This document shows positions 28,616 through 41,817 of a stretch of 64,000 bases of DNA, in pieces. The notes beneath the pieces were generated by a model. It saw only the letters and a program-made list of their open reading frames with translations, did no database searches and was not told where the DNA came from. The stretch lies in assembly GCA_951406725.2 (NCBI GenBank), contig OX597827.1, positions 67,828,001-67,892,000 of the forward strand, written 5' to 3'. Position numbers and translations under genes: made by a program. Source of the DNA: Octopus vulgaris (taxonomy: Eukaryota). The number at the start of each line of letters is the position of its first letter. Position 1 is the first letter of the stretch.

Positions 28616-28799
28616 GTGTGTGTGTGCATTGAGTCAGGTGTTTGTGGGTACCTCAGCTGTAATACTTTCTCACGAACCCTTTCATTTAAATCCCCGCTTT
28701 TCTCATTTGTCACAGGCAACACGATATTGTTCTGATCGCAAATTAAATATATGCGATGCTGCCTCTGCAGCCGCTGCTCTCCTTGCCACTTGTGGCGGT

Positions 28800-29580
28800 C
28801 GTCGTCGTTGGTGGTGGTGGTGGTGGTGTTGGTGGTGGTGGTGGTGGTGATGGTGGTGGTGGTGGTGGTGGTGGTGGTGGTGGTCGTCGGTGGTGGTGGT
28901 GGTGGTGGTGGTGGTGGTGGTGGTGGTGGTGGTGGTGGTGGTGGTGGTGGTGGTGGTGGTGGTGGTGGTGGTGGTGGTGTGATGGTGGTGGTGATTATGG
29001 TGGTGGTAGTGGTGGTAGTGGTGGTGGTGGTGGTGGTGGTGGTGGTGGTGGTGGTGGTAGTGGTGATGATGGTGGTGGTGGTAGTGTTGGTGGTAGTGGT
29101 GTTGGTGGTGATGGTGGTGTTGGTAATGGTAGCAGAGATGGTGGCGGTGGTGGCGATGATGGTGAGGTCGTCGTCGTCGTCGTGATGGTTGTGGTGGTGT
29201 TGGTGGCGGTGGTTGTGGTAGTAGTGATGGTGTTGTTGTTGGTGGTAGTGATAGTGGTGATGGTGGTAGTGGTGTTGGTGTTTGTGGTAGTGTTGTTGGT
29301 GTTGTTGGTGGTGGTGGTGGTAGTGATGGTGGTGGTGGTTGTTGTTGTTGTGGTGGTGGTGGTGGTGGTGGTGGTGGTGGTGGTGGTGGTGATGGTATTG
29401 TTGGTGGTGGTAGTGGTGTCCGTCGTCATCGTCGTCGTCTTCGTCGTGTTGCTGTCACTCTCGTCGCCGTCATCGCTGTTTCTGTCGTGTTTCGTGTTCT
29501 TCTTGTCACTGTTATTGTTGTTCCACTTGTTGCTGCTGCTGCTGCTGCTGTTGTTGTTGTTGTTGTTATGCGCTTGTTGT
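28800..29580. repeat. (GGT)n/(GTT)n/(GTC)n compound microsatellite
   Basis: Directly visible. Confidence 0.95.
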
Positions 29581-29704
29581 TTTTAAAGAAGTTGGTTACC
29601 CTAGATCAATTCTGACCGAACAGGCCTCTCATCAAGCATGTTCCAGCCGTGACCATTCCATCATTTCTTTTATATACTTTAATACACACACACACACACA
29701 CACA

Positions 29705-29850
29705 TACAGGCGCAAATGTGTGGCCGTGTGGTAAGAAGCTTGCTTCCCTACCACATGGTTCCGGGTTCAGTTCGACTTCGTGGCAACTTGGATGTTTTCT
29801 ACTAGTGTTGTAAGTGGATTTGGTAGGTGGAAACTGAAAGAAGCCCATCG

Positions 29851-29907
<57 letters not shown>

Positions 29908-30040
29908 ATGTGTGTGTGCGTGTGTGTTCTTGTTTCTGTGGCTGCTGCTATCATTACCGCTTGATAACCGGTGTGGGTGTGTTCACATCCCCGTAACTTA
30001 GTGGTTCGGCAAACGATAGAATAAATACTAGGCTTAAGAA
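29705..30040 (+). mobile_element. SINE family II copy
   Basis: gtggccgtgtggtaagaagcttgcttccc.accacatggttccgggttcag...gtaacttagtggttcggc. Confidence 0.8.
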
Positions 30041-30172
30041 ATGAATACAGTTCTGTATTTAAGAGACGAGGAATTATGTACATTATTTACATTATTTACA
30101 TTATTTACATTTCATGTATATTTGTCCTCATCTTCTTTGTTGTTAACACGTTTCGGAGGAACACTCACACAT

Positions 30173-31000
30173 GTATTTCGTCTGTCTTTACGTTCTGAGT
30201 TCAAATTCCGCCGAGGTCGACTGCCTTTCATCCTTTCGGGTTTGATAGATTAAGTGCCAGCTGCGTACTGAGGTCCATCTAATCGACTAGCCTCCTCCCA
30301 CCAAAAATTCGGGCCTTGTGCCTAGAGCAGAAAAGAATATTTGAACAAATTAAGGCGGCGAGATGGCAGAAACGTTAGCACATCGGACGAAATGCTTAAC
30401 GGTATTTCGTCTGCCGCTACGTTTTATGAGTTCAAATTCCGCCGGGGTCGATAAATTAAGTTCTAGTTACACTGGAGTTGATATAATAGACTTGATCCGT
30501 TTGTCTGTCCTTGTTTGTTCTCTCTGTGTTTAGCACCTTGTGGGTAGTAAAGAAATAGGTATTTCGTCTGTCTTTACATTCTGAGTTCAAATTCCGCCGG
30601 GGTCGACTTTGCCTTTCATCCTCTCGGATGGGGGTCGATCTAATCGACTGACCCCCTCCTCCAAAAGATTCGGGCCTTGTGCCCAGAGTAGAAAATTATA
30701 TAAAAAATGAAAAACAACATGCTTCATGTCAGAGAGAATGCTTCGCGGCATTTGCTGCGGCTCTCATCGTTCCAAGTTCAAATGCCACCGAGACCAGTTT
30801 TACTTTTTTACCTTTGAGCTAGACAGAATAATTCGCAGTATTTGTTCCAATTCTCTACGCTCTAAGTTCAATCCCCACCGAAGTCAACTTTGCGTTTTTC
30901 TTCTTTCGGGTCGATTAAAAAAAAGTGGTGATCCAAAGTCGAACTAGATACCTTGCGGTACTAATTCCGGCATTTTGCTTTCTGAGTTCAAATCCGACCA
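30173..31000 (+). mobile_element. Cluster of SINE family I copies (partial, dimer, and older diverged copies)
   Basis: Repeated gagttcaaattccgccg(a/g)ggtcga; head at 30352. Confidence 0.8.
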
Positions 31001-31366
31001 AGGACTATGACGGTGGTCAACTTAATCTCATGGCCTGTTTTTATCCCACCATCTTGCACTTTAAGGGCCTTTACGGGTGTCGACTTTGCCGTAAGCACTT
31101 AAGATGGGTTTGTTATTTGAAAGTAACTTTCCCTGTCCACCATATCTTTCGGTGGACCTCTAATAGGTCGTGAACTCGGCTGAAAAAGAATGAAAAAACG
31201 TGAGTTTATTCAATAAAGACTCTTCGTCCAAATATTTTTGTTATGATATTTTCACTGAGAAAACGATTCCCTACACAAACAATTCTAAGAATTTTTATTG
31301 AACATTCCTACACTGTTTTTAATGCTATTATATACATGTATGTGTGTGTGTTTGTGTATGTATATA

Positions 31367-31448
<82 letters not shown>

Positions 31449-31746
31449 TATACATATATACACATATATATATATGTATATATACATATATACATACATA
31501 TATATATATATGTATATGTGTATATATACATACATACATACATACATACATATACATATATACATATATATATATATATTCGGTCGTGAATTAAAATAAA
31601 AGTAAATTTATACAGCTTAATATCTCTAATTTCCTATATGTATGTATATATATAAGTATATATATATACAAATATATATATGTATGTATATGTTTATATA
31701 TATATATATATACATACACATATACATATATACATGTATATATAGA

Positions 31747-31788
<42 letters not shown>

Positions 31789-32382
31789 AATATATATTTA
31801 TATATATATATATATATATATTAAATATATATTTCTATATATATATATATATATATAATATATGTATATATACACACATATATACATATATACATGCATA
31901 TAGACATACGTAACATTTATAAGTCAAAGACCTTTTAACACGCTTCTACGCTTCTCCTTCTTCAATGTCACTTATAATGAAACTGCCATCGCAGTATTCG
32001 TTACATTTGACCAGACGTCCAATAACCGTTCACAGTGTCTGACAATGCATATAAAAGAGACGGTCATATGCTAGTATTTCATTATGATTTCTTGAAGTCT
32101 AAACTCGAGGTTAAAGAATGTAGCAAAATTAATACAATTAATCATAGTTGGAGAAAAGTCTGTCTTCTTGAAAATCAATAGATTTGATAATATTTTGCTG
32201 GATATATATATATATATATCTAACCAAGAGCTATTAGACAATTCATTTAATATGTCGCATCTCTGAAGTGAATGTCTGAGCAAGAGGGTCTTATGTGCAT
32301 GCGTGTGGGTAAATGTATGTATGTTTGTATGTATGTATGTATGTATGTATGTATGTATGTATATATGTATGTGTCTGTGATA

Positions 32383-32464
<82 letters not shown>

Positions 32465-33024
32465 GGCTAAACTGGCAAAATGACGATTATGAAATATTAT
32501 TATTATTAACATCACTATTGTGTGAGAGAGCAGTGCATGCCATCAAAGTGACACTGGGGTAAAATATACGAAGCCCAATATACCCATCATGACTACCCGT
32601 CTGATAAGGGTACACCAAGCTTATGCCTCACAACCATATGTGCTCGACATGGGGATCTCATATCAAGATAAACGGCACATGACCTTGCAGGTGGGGTCCA
32701 GTTAGAATTTCCTTTAGTTGAGTAGCCCATCCCATTCATAAGGTCCTTGAATGAGGATTGTTTAAGGATGTTGAATGAATCACCTATGTTACCTATGTGA
32801 ATTATCCAAACCTGTAAGAATTCTTGTGCTCATGATCCGAAATACACATATCGTCAGCCACTAAGGGACATGGTCAACTGGTTAAGGTCAAACAACTGAC
32901 AAGCAAATCTGTGGTAGTGAGCAGAATATTTGCTGTAGCCCATCTTTTATACCAAGACAAAAGAATGTACATGATAACTCTTCCAATCAGTTAAAATGAG
33001 AATCCATGAGAGCCACTGCCTGGT

Positions 33025-33093
<69 letters not shown>

Positions 33094-33379
33094 TATATTT
33101 TTACATATATATACAATATTATTATGAGGCTTGAAAATGGAGAGATTCAATCGATATAAATTAATTTATTAAACAGCGTTACCTACAATTGTTTCATTTC
33201 ATAACCAATTTAAATTACAAGTTAAATTACAAATATAAGTTTGCATTTCAACATATCCTGGACTGAAAATCTTCAGTCACATGAAAATAGAGAGATTACA
33301 TTTTGATTGGTTGAAATACTCCAATAGACTGAGAATACATGAGCATGTATATACATATATATATACATACATACATACA

Positions 33380-33415
<36 letters not shown>

Positions 33416-33421
33416 TGTATA

Positions 33422-33474
<53 letters not shown>

Positions 33475-33608
33475 CAAAATACGAGTTAAAAGTCCAGCTG
33501 TTGTTCTGTTTTCCACGTTTTTTGAAGTTCACTTTTTATTCCATTTCGCATTGTTTCGGTCTTATCAAAAACGTTTTATCAAATATACTACTATAATGTG
33601 TGTATTTA

Positions 33609-33640
<32 letters not shown>

Positions 33641-33837
33641 TGTGTGTGTGTGTGTGTGTATGTTAGTGTGTGTTTGTGTGTGTCCTTTCATCTTTCATCA
33701 AGTAAGCAGCGTGTGAAAAATTTCGAGAGCATTGTCAAATAAAATTACAATAAATATTAGACATCTCTCGCATATTGAGTTCGTTGCAGGAATTAATACT
33801 CGTTGTTATAAACTTATTTTTAGACCTCGCTCACTCA

Positions 33838-33920
<83 letters not shown>

Positions 33921-34410
33921 AATATATATATATATATATTTGTATATATATTTATATCTTTCTCTCTCTCTCTCTTTCCTACTCTCTCTCTATGTGTGTG
34001 TGTGTTTGTATGTATGTATACATTACATGCATAACACTATGTGCGTGTTTGTGTCAGTCTATGTTTGTGCTTGCATCAATATATGTGTGTCTCTACGAAT
34101 ATACACAATACGTACGTGTGTACATTGGTCTGCTCTGTAGAAGTCAAAATCGATTGATCCTTTGTTCGCGGCGCAATGCTCTCTCCACGCTGAATTAACA
34201 GGTTTTACGCATAATTTCACCTAGAAATTCTACTTGTTCATTTATTCACTGAGAACAGTAAATAAATCAACAAGCTTGTTATAGGAAAATTGATTGCGCA
34301 AACTCAATCTATAAAGTTTTATAGTTATATAACGAAGTATATAGATGCATGCTTTTCTATATATATGTATATTTGTGTGTGTATAGATGTGCGAGTGAAT
34401 AATATGTGTA

Positions 34411-34496
<86 letters not shown>

Positions 34497-34506
34497 GTGT
34501 GTGTTT

Positions 34507-34680
34507 GTGGCTGTGTGGTTAGTAGCTTGCTTACCAGCTACATGGTTCTGGGTGCAATCCCACTGCGTGACACCTTCGCCAACTGTCTTCTACTATAGCC
34601 TCGGGTCGACCAAAACCTTGTGAGTGGATCTGGTAGACGGAAACTGAAAGAAGCCTGTAGTATATATGTATATGTGTGTG
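34507..34680 (+). mobile_element. SINE family II 5' half
   Basis: gtggctgtgtggttagtagcttgcttacc...gatctggtagacggaaactgaaagaagcc. Confidence 0.85.
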
Positions 34681-34687
34681 TGTGAGA

Positions 34688-35025
34688 GTGAAGGCGCATG
34701 GCTCAGTGGTTAAAGCGTCGAGCTTACGATCGTGAGGTTGTGAGCTCGAATCTCGGACCGGGCTGCGTGTTGTGGTCTTGAGCAAGACACTTTATTTCAC
34801 GTTGCTCCAGTTCACTCAGCTGTAGAAATGAGTTACGACGTCACTGATGCCAAGCTGTTTCGGCCCCTTTTGCCTTTCCTTTGGGTAACACTGGTGGCGT
34901 GAAGACGGGTGGCTGGTATGCATGGGCGACTGTTGGTCTTCCATAAACATCCCTGCCCGGACTTGTGCCTCGGAAGGTAACTTTCTAGGTGCAATCCCAT
35001 GGTCAGTCATGACCGAAGGGACTCT
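34688..35025 (+). mobile_element. SINE family III (tRNA-derived head, CORE/V-like central domain), adjoining the SINE II internal microsatellite
   Basis: A-box tggctcagtgg, B-box-like gagctcgaatctc, then ttgagcaagacactttatttcacgttgctccagttcactcagctgtagaaatgagt. Confidence 0.75.
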
Positions 35026-35269
35026 CAGCAGCAGTGTGTGTGTGTGTGTTTGCATGTACACACTAGAATACTGTGAGAAGTTTCAACTATTACAGGCTTT
35101 AAGTATTTTCATCGATTATTCGAGCGCTATATTTTACTCACACGCTCAAACACACACTCATACACACACGCACACACACACTCACATAGAATATATACAT
35201 ATGAATCCATTTATCTATCTGTCCACGTTTCTTGCTCTCTTTCTCTTTACTGATTCGCGTATATATATA

Positions 35270-35310
<41 letters not shown>

Positions 35311-35318
<8 letters not shown>

Positions 35319-35644
35319 AATAGTAAAAAGTGAAAAAACTACAGAAGGCTTGTTTTAAAAGGTTAAAAAATATATATTTGAGTCAATATGTCTGAAGAAT
35401 ATTATAATTTTTTTTCCCCATACAATGACATAGTTTTTGAAGAAATGACCGGTTTCGCGTTCAGCTTTTCAAATTTCTTACATCGTTATGTTTACGTTGT
35501 ATGGGAAAAAAAAATTATAACATTCTTCAGACATATTGACTCAAATATATTTTTTTTAACCTTTTAAAACAAGCCTTCTGTAGTTTTTTCAGTTTTTACT
35601 ATTTTCTATATATTCAACCACGTGCTTTCACACACCAACTTTCT

Positions 35645-35645
<1 letters not shown>
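35311..35645 (-). mobile_element. Foldback element (about 115-bp near-perfect inverted arms) with decayed hammerhead in the spacer; Penelope inverted-pLTR-like
   Basis: Arms 35311-35425 and 35497-35612. Spacer on minus strand: gaaat-TTGAAAA-gc tgaac gc-GAAA-ccgg-TC-atttc (35442-35477). About 30-bp unpaired extension. Confidence 0.75.
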
Positions 35646-35691
<46 letters not shown>

Positions 35692-35694
<3 letters not shown>

Positions 35695-36040
35695 AGTGGC
35701 TGTGTGGTAAGCAGCTTGGTTACCAATCTCATGGTTCTGGGTTCAGTCCCACTGCGTGGCACCTTGGGCAAGTGTCTTCTACTATAGCCTCGGGCCGACC
35801 AAAGCCTTGTGAGTGGATTTGGTAGACGGAAAAGAAGCCCGTCATATATATATGTATGTGTGTGTGTGTGTTTGCGTGTCTGTGTTTATCACCCCAACAT
35901 CGCTTGACAACCGATGCTGGTGTGTTTACGTCACCGTAACTTAGCGGTTCGGCAAAAGAGAACCGATAGTACTAGGCTTGCAAAGAATAAGTCCTGGGGT
36001 CGATTTGCTGGACTAAAGTCGGTGCTCCAGCATGGCCACT
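35692..36040 (+). mobile_element. SINE family II, near full length
   Basis: ggagtggctgtgtggtaag..gggttcagtcccactgcgtggcaccttgggcaagtgtcttctactatagcctcgggccgacc...ggtgctccagcatggcc. Confidence 0.9.
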
Positions 36041-36044
36041 GTCC

Positions 36045-37033
36045 ATGTGTTGGCAAGAATGGAGAGAAGAGCAGGTGTCAACTCGGGATATGCGGTTGCT
36101 TTCGGGCAATTCATGAGGCACCCATTTTCCAAGTTGTTGAAGAACAGTTGTATAGTTTGAACTAAGCTTTATTGCCAATTCTTCAACTGATAATGCAGGA
36201 TTTTCTTCAAGTAATGCCTCAAGGAGCTTATCATCAAACTCAACTAGACGTACTGTTCGATCTTCATCTTCAAGGCTGAAATCGCCACTTCTTACATTCA
36301 AGCATTCTTTCCCATGAACTGAGTGTATGTTTCGAGTCGCTTCGGCTGAAGAGCTTCGTTTTTTGTACTCTTAAAGCATTATGTGCCTTAAATGCTCTTT
36401 GGATACTTTTATGTTAGAAAGGGTTTTAATCAAAGAAAATGTAATTCTATTATTCTGTAAAATAATTTTTAATTAGTTTAAATGTACACAAATGCATAAA
36501 AATAATTTTTAATTTCATTGGACATTCTAAAATAGTATTATATTTCATTCATTTTTAAAAAGGTAAAATCGGACAGAACTTATGGAAGGACGGTGCCCTG
36601 GCAGAAACGTTAGCACGCCGGGCGAAATACTTAGCGGTATTTCATCTGCCGCTACGTTCTAAGTTCAAATTCCGCCGAAGTCGACTTTGCCTTTCATCGT
36701 TTCGGGGTCGATTAAATAAGTACCAGTTACGCACTGGGGTCGATATAATCAACTTAATCCATCTGTCTGTCCTTGTTTGTCCTCTCTGTGTTTAGTCCCT
36801 TGTGGGTAGTAAAGAAATAGGTATTTCGTCTACCGTTACGTTCTGTGTTCTGTGTTCAAATTCCGCCGAGGTCGACTTTGCCTTTCATTCTTTCGGGGTC
36901 GATAAATTAAGTACCAGTTACGCACTGGGGTCGATGTAATCGACTTAATCCCTTTGTCTGTCCTTGTTTGTCCCCTCTATGTTTAGCCCCTTGTGAGCAA
37001 TAAAGAAACAAGAACTTATGGGATGACGTGATA
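36045..37033 (-). mobile_element. Mariner transposon 5' portion (pseudogene), left TIR split by a SINE I insertion
   Basis: SKEHLRHIML*EYKK..AEATRNI...RSGDFSLEDEDR...LSVEELA...GKWVPHEL (mariner HTH + WVPHEL motif). The TIR reconstructs as TAtcacgtcatcccataagttctgtccg. Confidence 0.85.
36586..37010 (+). mobile_element. SINE family I dimer with 11-bp TSD
   Basis: TSD agaacttatgg at 36575-36585 and 37011-37021. Confidence 0.9.
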
Positions 37034-37044
37034 AATCCCCTTAC

Positions 37045-37170
37045 AACGATTTTATCGGTCTGAGGCTATAGTAGAGGGCACTCCTTGTCCAAGGTGCCTC
37101 ACTGTGGGACTGAACCTGGGAACATGCGACCGGGACGCAAAATTCGTACCACACAGCCATGACTGCACCT
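37045..37170 (-). mobile_element. SINE family II 5' fragment, diverged
   Basis: ccaaggtgcctcactgtgggactgaacc..accacacagcc. Confidence 0.7.
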
Positions 37171-37609
37171 AACCACAGCTCCCAAGCATCATCATCATAA
37201 TCACAAACATTATCACTACTATTTCCAGTAGTAAAACTAGAGTCATTTACCCCCACCTGTACTGCTAGCATTGCCACCATTCCCACCACCGCCACCGCCA
37301 ACAACAATAACACGACCAACATTCTTTCAGTGGTTTTCCTCATCATTGTAGACCAGCCATAACTAAGTGCACATACCACATTAAAACCATTCTTCTCTCC
37401 GTGTTTCTCTCTTTCTCTTTCTCTCCTCTGTCTCACCCCTCTCCCTCTCTCTCCCTCTCTCTCTGGTTCTTTCTCTATTTCTCTCTATCTGACTGTCTAT
37501 CTATCTCTGTCTATCTCTCCATCTCTTTATCTATTTATCTATCCATCTCTACCCTTAGCTCATTTTCTTTCTTGTTGTGTGTGTGTGTGTGTGTGTGTGT
37601 ATCTATCTA

Positions 37610-37653
<44 letters not shown>

Positions 37654-37718
37654 CACACATATCTATATACATACATATTGTGTTGTATTATATCATATGT
37701 TAGATAAGGCTAGACTAC

Positions 37719-37756
<38 letters not shown>

Positions 37757-37810
37757 GTATATCTTATATACTACTTATATAAATCTATGTATATACATAT
37801 ATATTACATC

Positions 37811-37844
<34 letters not shown>

Positions 37845-38059
37845 CTTCTATCTCTATGCACCAAGTAAATTCTTCAATAACAGTCAGCATGCCTATATTA
37901 TCATTGGCATTATCCGCATATGCATGTGTGTGTGTGTCTGTGTGTGTATATATGTGTGTGTGTATGTATGTATGTATATTTATATTTATTATATATTTAT
38001 ATATATATATGTACGCGTGCAAATACATCAATATATACATACAAACATACATGCATACC

Positions 38060-38290
38060 AGGTGCTACCTCCCAATGTGACATGACGTAATTGCTAAAAC
38101 AATAATCAATGCCATCCGAACAAAAAAAAACCGTCCTGGGGTGAATATAGAGAATTCTTTTGATATTGAACACATACATAAACATCAACCCGAAGAATAT
38201 TGGCAGAACACTTTGATCAGAATGCCTAGCAAGTGCATGGAACATACTAGAAAATTTGTGTACGGTCATACTGAGCAATTGTGCTGTTAA
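38060..38290 (+). mobile_element. RLE LINE fragment related to the 17.3 kb copy
   Basis: YLPM*HDVIAKTIINAIR. Confidence 0.65.
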
Positions 38291-38311
38291 TAGGAAGAAT
38301 TCCAACCACGC

Positions 38312-38596
<285 letters not shown>

Positions 38597-38699
38597 CTCA
38601 ACAGCTCCTTTATAGGATCCAGTGGCTAAAGACATCATCAGGAAGAACCACGTCCGGTTTCGGTACTTACTCCGCTACCGTTTTTTAGTTGGTGCCCCG

Positions 38700-39130
38700 C
38701 CCCTTTCGGAGGTGTCTTCAGCTCTGATGTTGAGTGCGTTGTTTTGATTCTCCTTTTTTTTTTTTGTTCTTTGGTTTCTTCAATGCAGCGTCAACGAATG
38801 TCAGCGGTTGAATGACCATCCTGCCAAATTTTCCTTTAATTATTGCAGGCTGCATCATTTGCTTTCGGCCACTTAATCTTTGGTTTCTTCACGTCTACCC
38901 CTTTTCTTGCCTGTTCCGATTCAACTGTGGAACGACACTCGCTATGGTTTCTTTCCAGGAGGTTCTGGCCACACGTCTTCTGGATTTTCAACCCGCGCTC
39001 TCGAATCACTTTCTCCTATCAGACCTTCCCTTGGTTAATTCTCAACCCTATGTAACTAGAAAACACCTTTCCGCAGCAGCTGGATTCTTCATCTACCTTT
39101 CCTTCACCGCTTCCTTTCTCATTGAAAATT
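38700..39130 (-). mobile_element. Possible HERO-like RLE LINE N-terminal fragment
   Basis: SCCGKVFSSYIGLRINQGK (decayed C2H2-like finger) followed by KKPKIKWPKANDA, motifs I associate with HERO-clade ORFs. Confidence 0.45.
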
Positions 39131-39835
39131 AAAGAGAAAAAGAGATAATTTATCGATAACAGCTTCGAAATCTTCAGTTTCTCTATAGCCAGATTGTAAT
39201 TCACATTTATTCCAATGATAAATGACGCGGTTGGTTTGGTGAGTAAAAGCCTAAGTGATGACTAGGAAATGGTAGGATTTTTCAGAAAAAAAAGATCAAA
39301 CAGCTAATTTTCACATTACAAATACAATCTATAAGTGGAAGAGTAAAGATATACAAGACTTCTCTCATATTTTTGCTAGCTACGTTCCAGCAATGGCATT
39401 GTTATTTATTTCTAGGGCATACAGCTGTAAGTAGGTAAACCTGCGTTGTACTAGAGTTCTGTCAGGGGAAATGCTGACCTGGAAAAGCAAGCAAGATAGC
39501 ATCATTCGAAAAGCTTCAACAATGCGAGGAAGCGCATTGTGACTAGCGGTGAATAACAATACCTGATAGTCGACACAGCGATATATATATGTAAAATATT
39601 CGTAGCCACTTTAACATGGCTGTCCATTCGAGCGGACTGTACTGCGATATTTTAACCCCAAGGGGACATCTTCCCTAGCTGGTTGACGATGTGCAGCTGC
39701 ATCCGATAAAATTGTAAGCAGGGAAGCGAACCTTTACCATCTCCTTGCGACGGGTTCTGGTTTCGGGCTATTTCTGCCACCCCTCAGTACTGGACACCTC
39801 GTCTGCCAGAGATGACAACAGCTCGTTTCTGCACG

Positions 39836-39883
<48 letters not shown>

Positions 39884-39885
<2 letters not shown>

Positions 39886-40413
39886 CAATTAGCGATAAAT
39901 TTCTATTGAATTTTTTTTGCTACCCTAAATTGACTAATTGATAATTTTCTGAATAATTCTGAGATTGAATCGGCAGTTTATATTTACTGCTGATAAGTTT
40001 GGCGCGAATACGTCAGTCTTGAAAATTTTAAGACAGATATTTCGTAGGCATCGATACAGACGCCTCGTGTATATTTGTCTCTCCCAGGTTTTTTACTGAT
40101 GAAGTGTAACCTATGGTAGATTAGCTTAATTTAATTTAATTAAGCTAATTTAATCATTAATGACACAGAAACGTTGCAACGTCTAAAAGATGAATTAGGG
40201 TAAATGTTTTTGAATTTTCACCTAATTTCTGAATTACTACTACTTGGCGGTGTGAGTTATGGCTGCTCTTTCTGGTGGACGAATGACCTGTTAGGGTCAC
40301 TCCTTAATTGTTATATTTATATACTTAGTCGTTGACTATATTCTCTTTTCCACTAGGCCGTTGGTAGCGATAAATTTCTATTGAATTTTTTTGCTACCCT
40401 AAATTGACTAATT

Positions 40414-40416
<3 letters not shown>
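39884..40416 (+). mobile_element. Non-coding hammerhead-bearing element in (TA)n with 50-bp terminal direct repeat and 9-bp terminal inverted repeat
   Basis: Direct repeat 39890-39940 / 40365-40414; aacaattag...ctaattgtt ends; (TA)n on both sides. Confidence 0.8.
40091..40188 (+). ncRNA. Type I hammerhead ribozyme (intact core, long stem II)
   Basis: tttta-CTGATGA-a gtgt...attagcttaat/attaagctaat hairpin...acac a-GAAA-cgttgcaacg-TC-taaaa. Predicted cleavage after C40183 (GUC). Confidence 0.8.
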
Positions 40417-40479
<63 letters not shown>

Positions 40480-40482
<3 letters not shown>

Positions 40483-40657
40483 AGGAGACTAGTTGATTAC
40501 ATCGACCCTAGCGTATCACTGGTACTTAATTTATTGACACCGAAAGGATGAAAGACAAAGTCAAAATTCGGTGTAATTTTAACTCAGAACGTAGCGGCGG
40601 GAGAAATACTGCTAAGCATTTCGTCCGGCGTTCTAACGAGTCTGCCAGATCGCCGCC

Positions 40658-40689
<32 letters not shown>

Positions 40690-40929
40690 CATAATAATAA
40701 TAATAATAATGATAATGATGATGATGGTTTCAGATTTTTCCACAAGGACCGCAATTTTGTAGAAGGGGGATAATCGATTACATCGACACCAGTACTTGAC
40801 TGGTATTTAATTTATTGACCTCAAAAGGGTGAAATGTAAAGTTGGCCTCGGCGAAATTTGAACTCAGACGGTAGCGACCGTTAAGTATTTCGCCCGGTGT
40901 GCTAACAATTCTTCCAGCTCGTCACCTTA
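40480..40929 (-). mobile_element. Two diverged SINE family I monomers separated by (TAA)n
   Basis: Heads at about 40659 and 40929. Confidence 0.8.
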
Positions 40930-41345
40930 CGGTTTGTTTATATTACTTATACAAAGCAAGCCAGTGTTTGCAAGCAAGTCACCATTTTTCAAATGCATTA
41001 TGTATTACTTTCGTTTTGGGATTTGGTTTGCAAGATTTTTTATGTGAGTTCGTGTGTTGAAGCATATTCTGTTGTGTCTGAGTCATATTCTTTTTGTGCT
41101 TTATAATTTAACACTCTCACCAGTAAAATTTCCACTTACTTCTTATTTTTACTTTCTTGAAATTATCGTTGCGTCTTTGCAGCCTTTTCAATAGTCTTAT
41201 GTATTTCTGTTATATTAAATCTACGCTTCTTGCCTTCTTCTTAATATATGCAAGATATTTTCCCCCATCTTTTCGAGTATAAAATTTCCAAGACGAACAG
41301 ATGTTAGTAGTAGTAGGAGGAGGAGAAGGAGGGGAGGAAGAGGAG

Positions 41346-41377
<32 letters not shown>

Positions 41378-41446
41378 GGGGGTAAGAGATATGGTAGTTG
41401 TTGTTTTTGCTGCTGTTGCTGTTTTTTGTTTGTTTGTTTGTTTGCT

Positions 41447-41817
41447 CATTGAGCGAAGCGGTTTTCGTCCGTAGTGGGAGAAGACCGAAACGTGGTCCTT
41501 TGCTATTCGTAAGACCCGCAGAAAAGTGAAAGCAGGTCAACCACCCCCTCGACACCGAGAGCATCGACGGATGGATGAATTCGCATCCAGGCTCAGCGGT
41601 TGCGTAGGAAGTCGGGGACGAGAAGCAGGAAGAAAGAGTGAGAGAAAGTTGGGGCGAAAGAGTACAACAGGGGTCGCCAGCACCCACTGCCGGAGCTTCG
41701 TGGAGCTTTTAGGTGCTTTCGCTCAATAAACATACACAACGCCCGGTCTGCGAATCGAAACCGCGATCCTCCGACCGCGAGTCCGCTACCCTAACCACTG
41801 GGCCATTGCGCCTCCTC
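41447..41817 (-). mobile_element. SINE family IV (tRNA-Arg-like head), tail type a
   Basis: Minus: ggcgcaatggcccagtggttagggtagcggactcgcggtcggaggatcgcggtttcgattcgcagaccggg, with TCG in the anticodon-like loop. Confidence 0.8.

Noticed and set aside
41740-41817. Functional tRNA-Arg gene (also 46490-46565, 34688-34760, 24681-24753)
   Set aside because: Acceptor stems do not close and the sequences continue into SINE bodies or tails.
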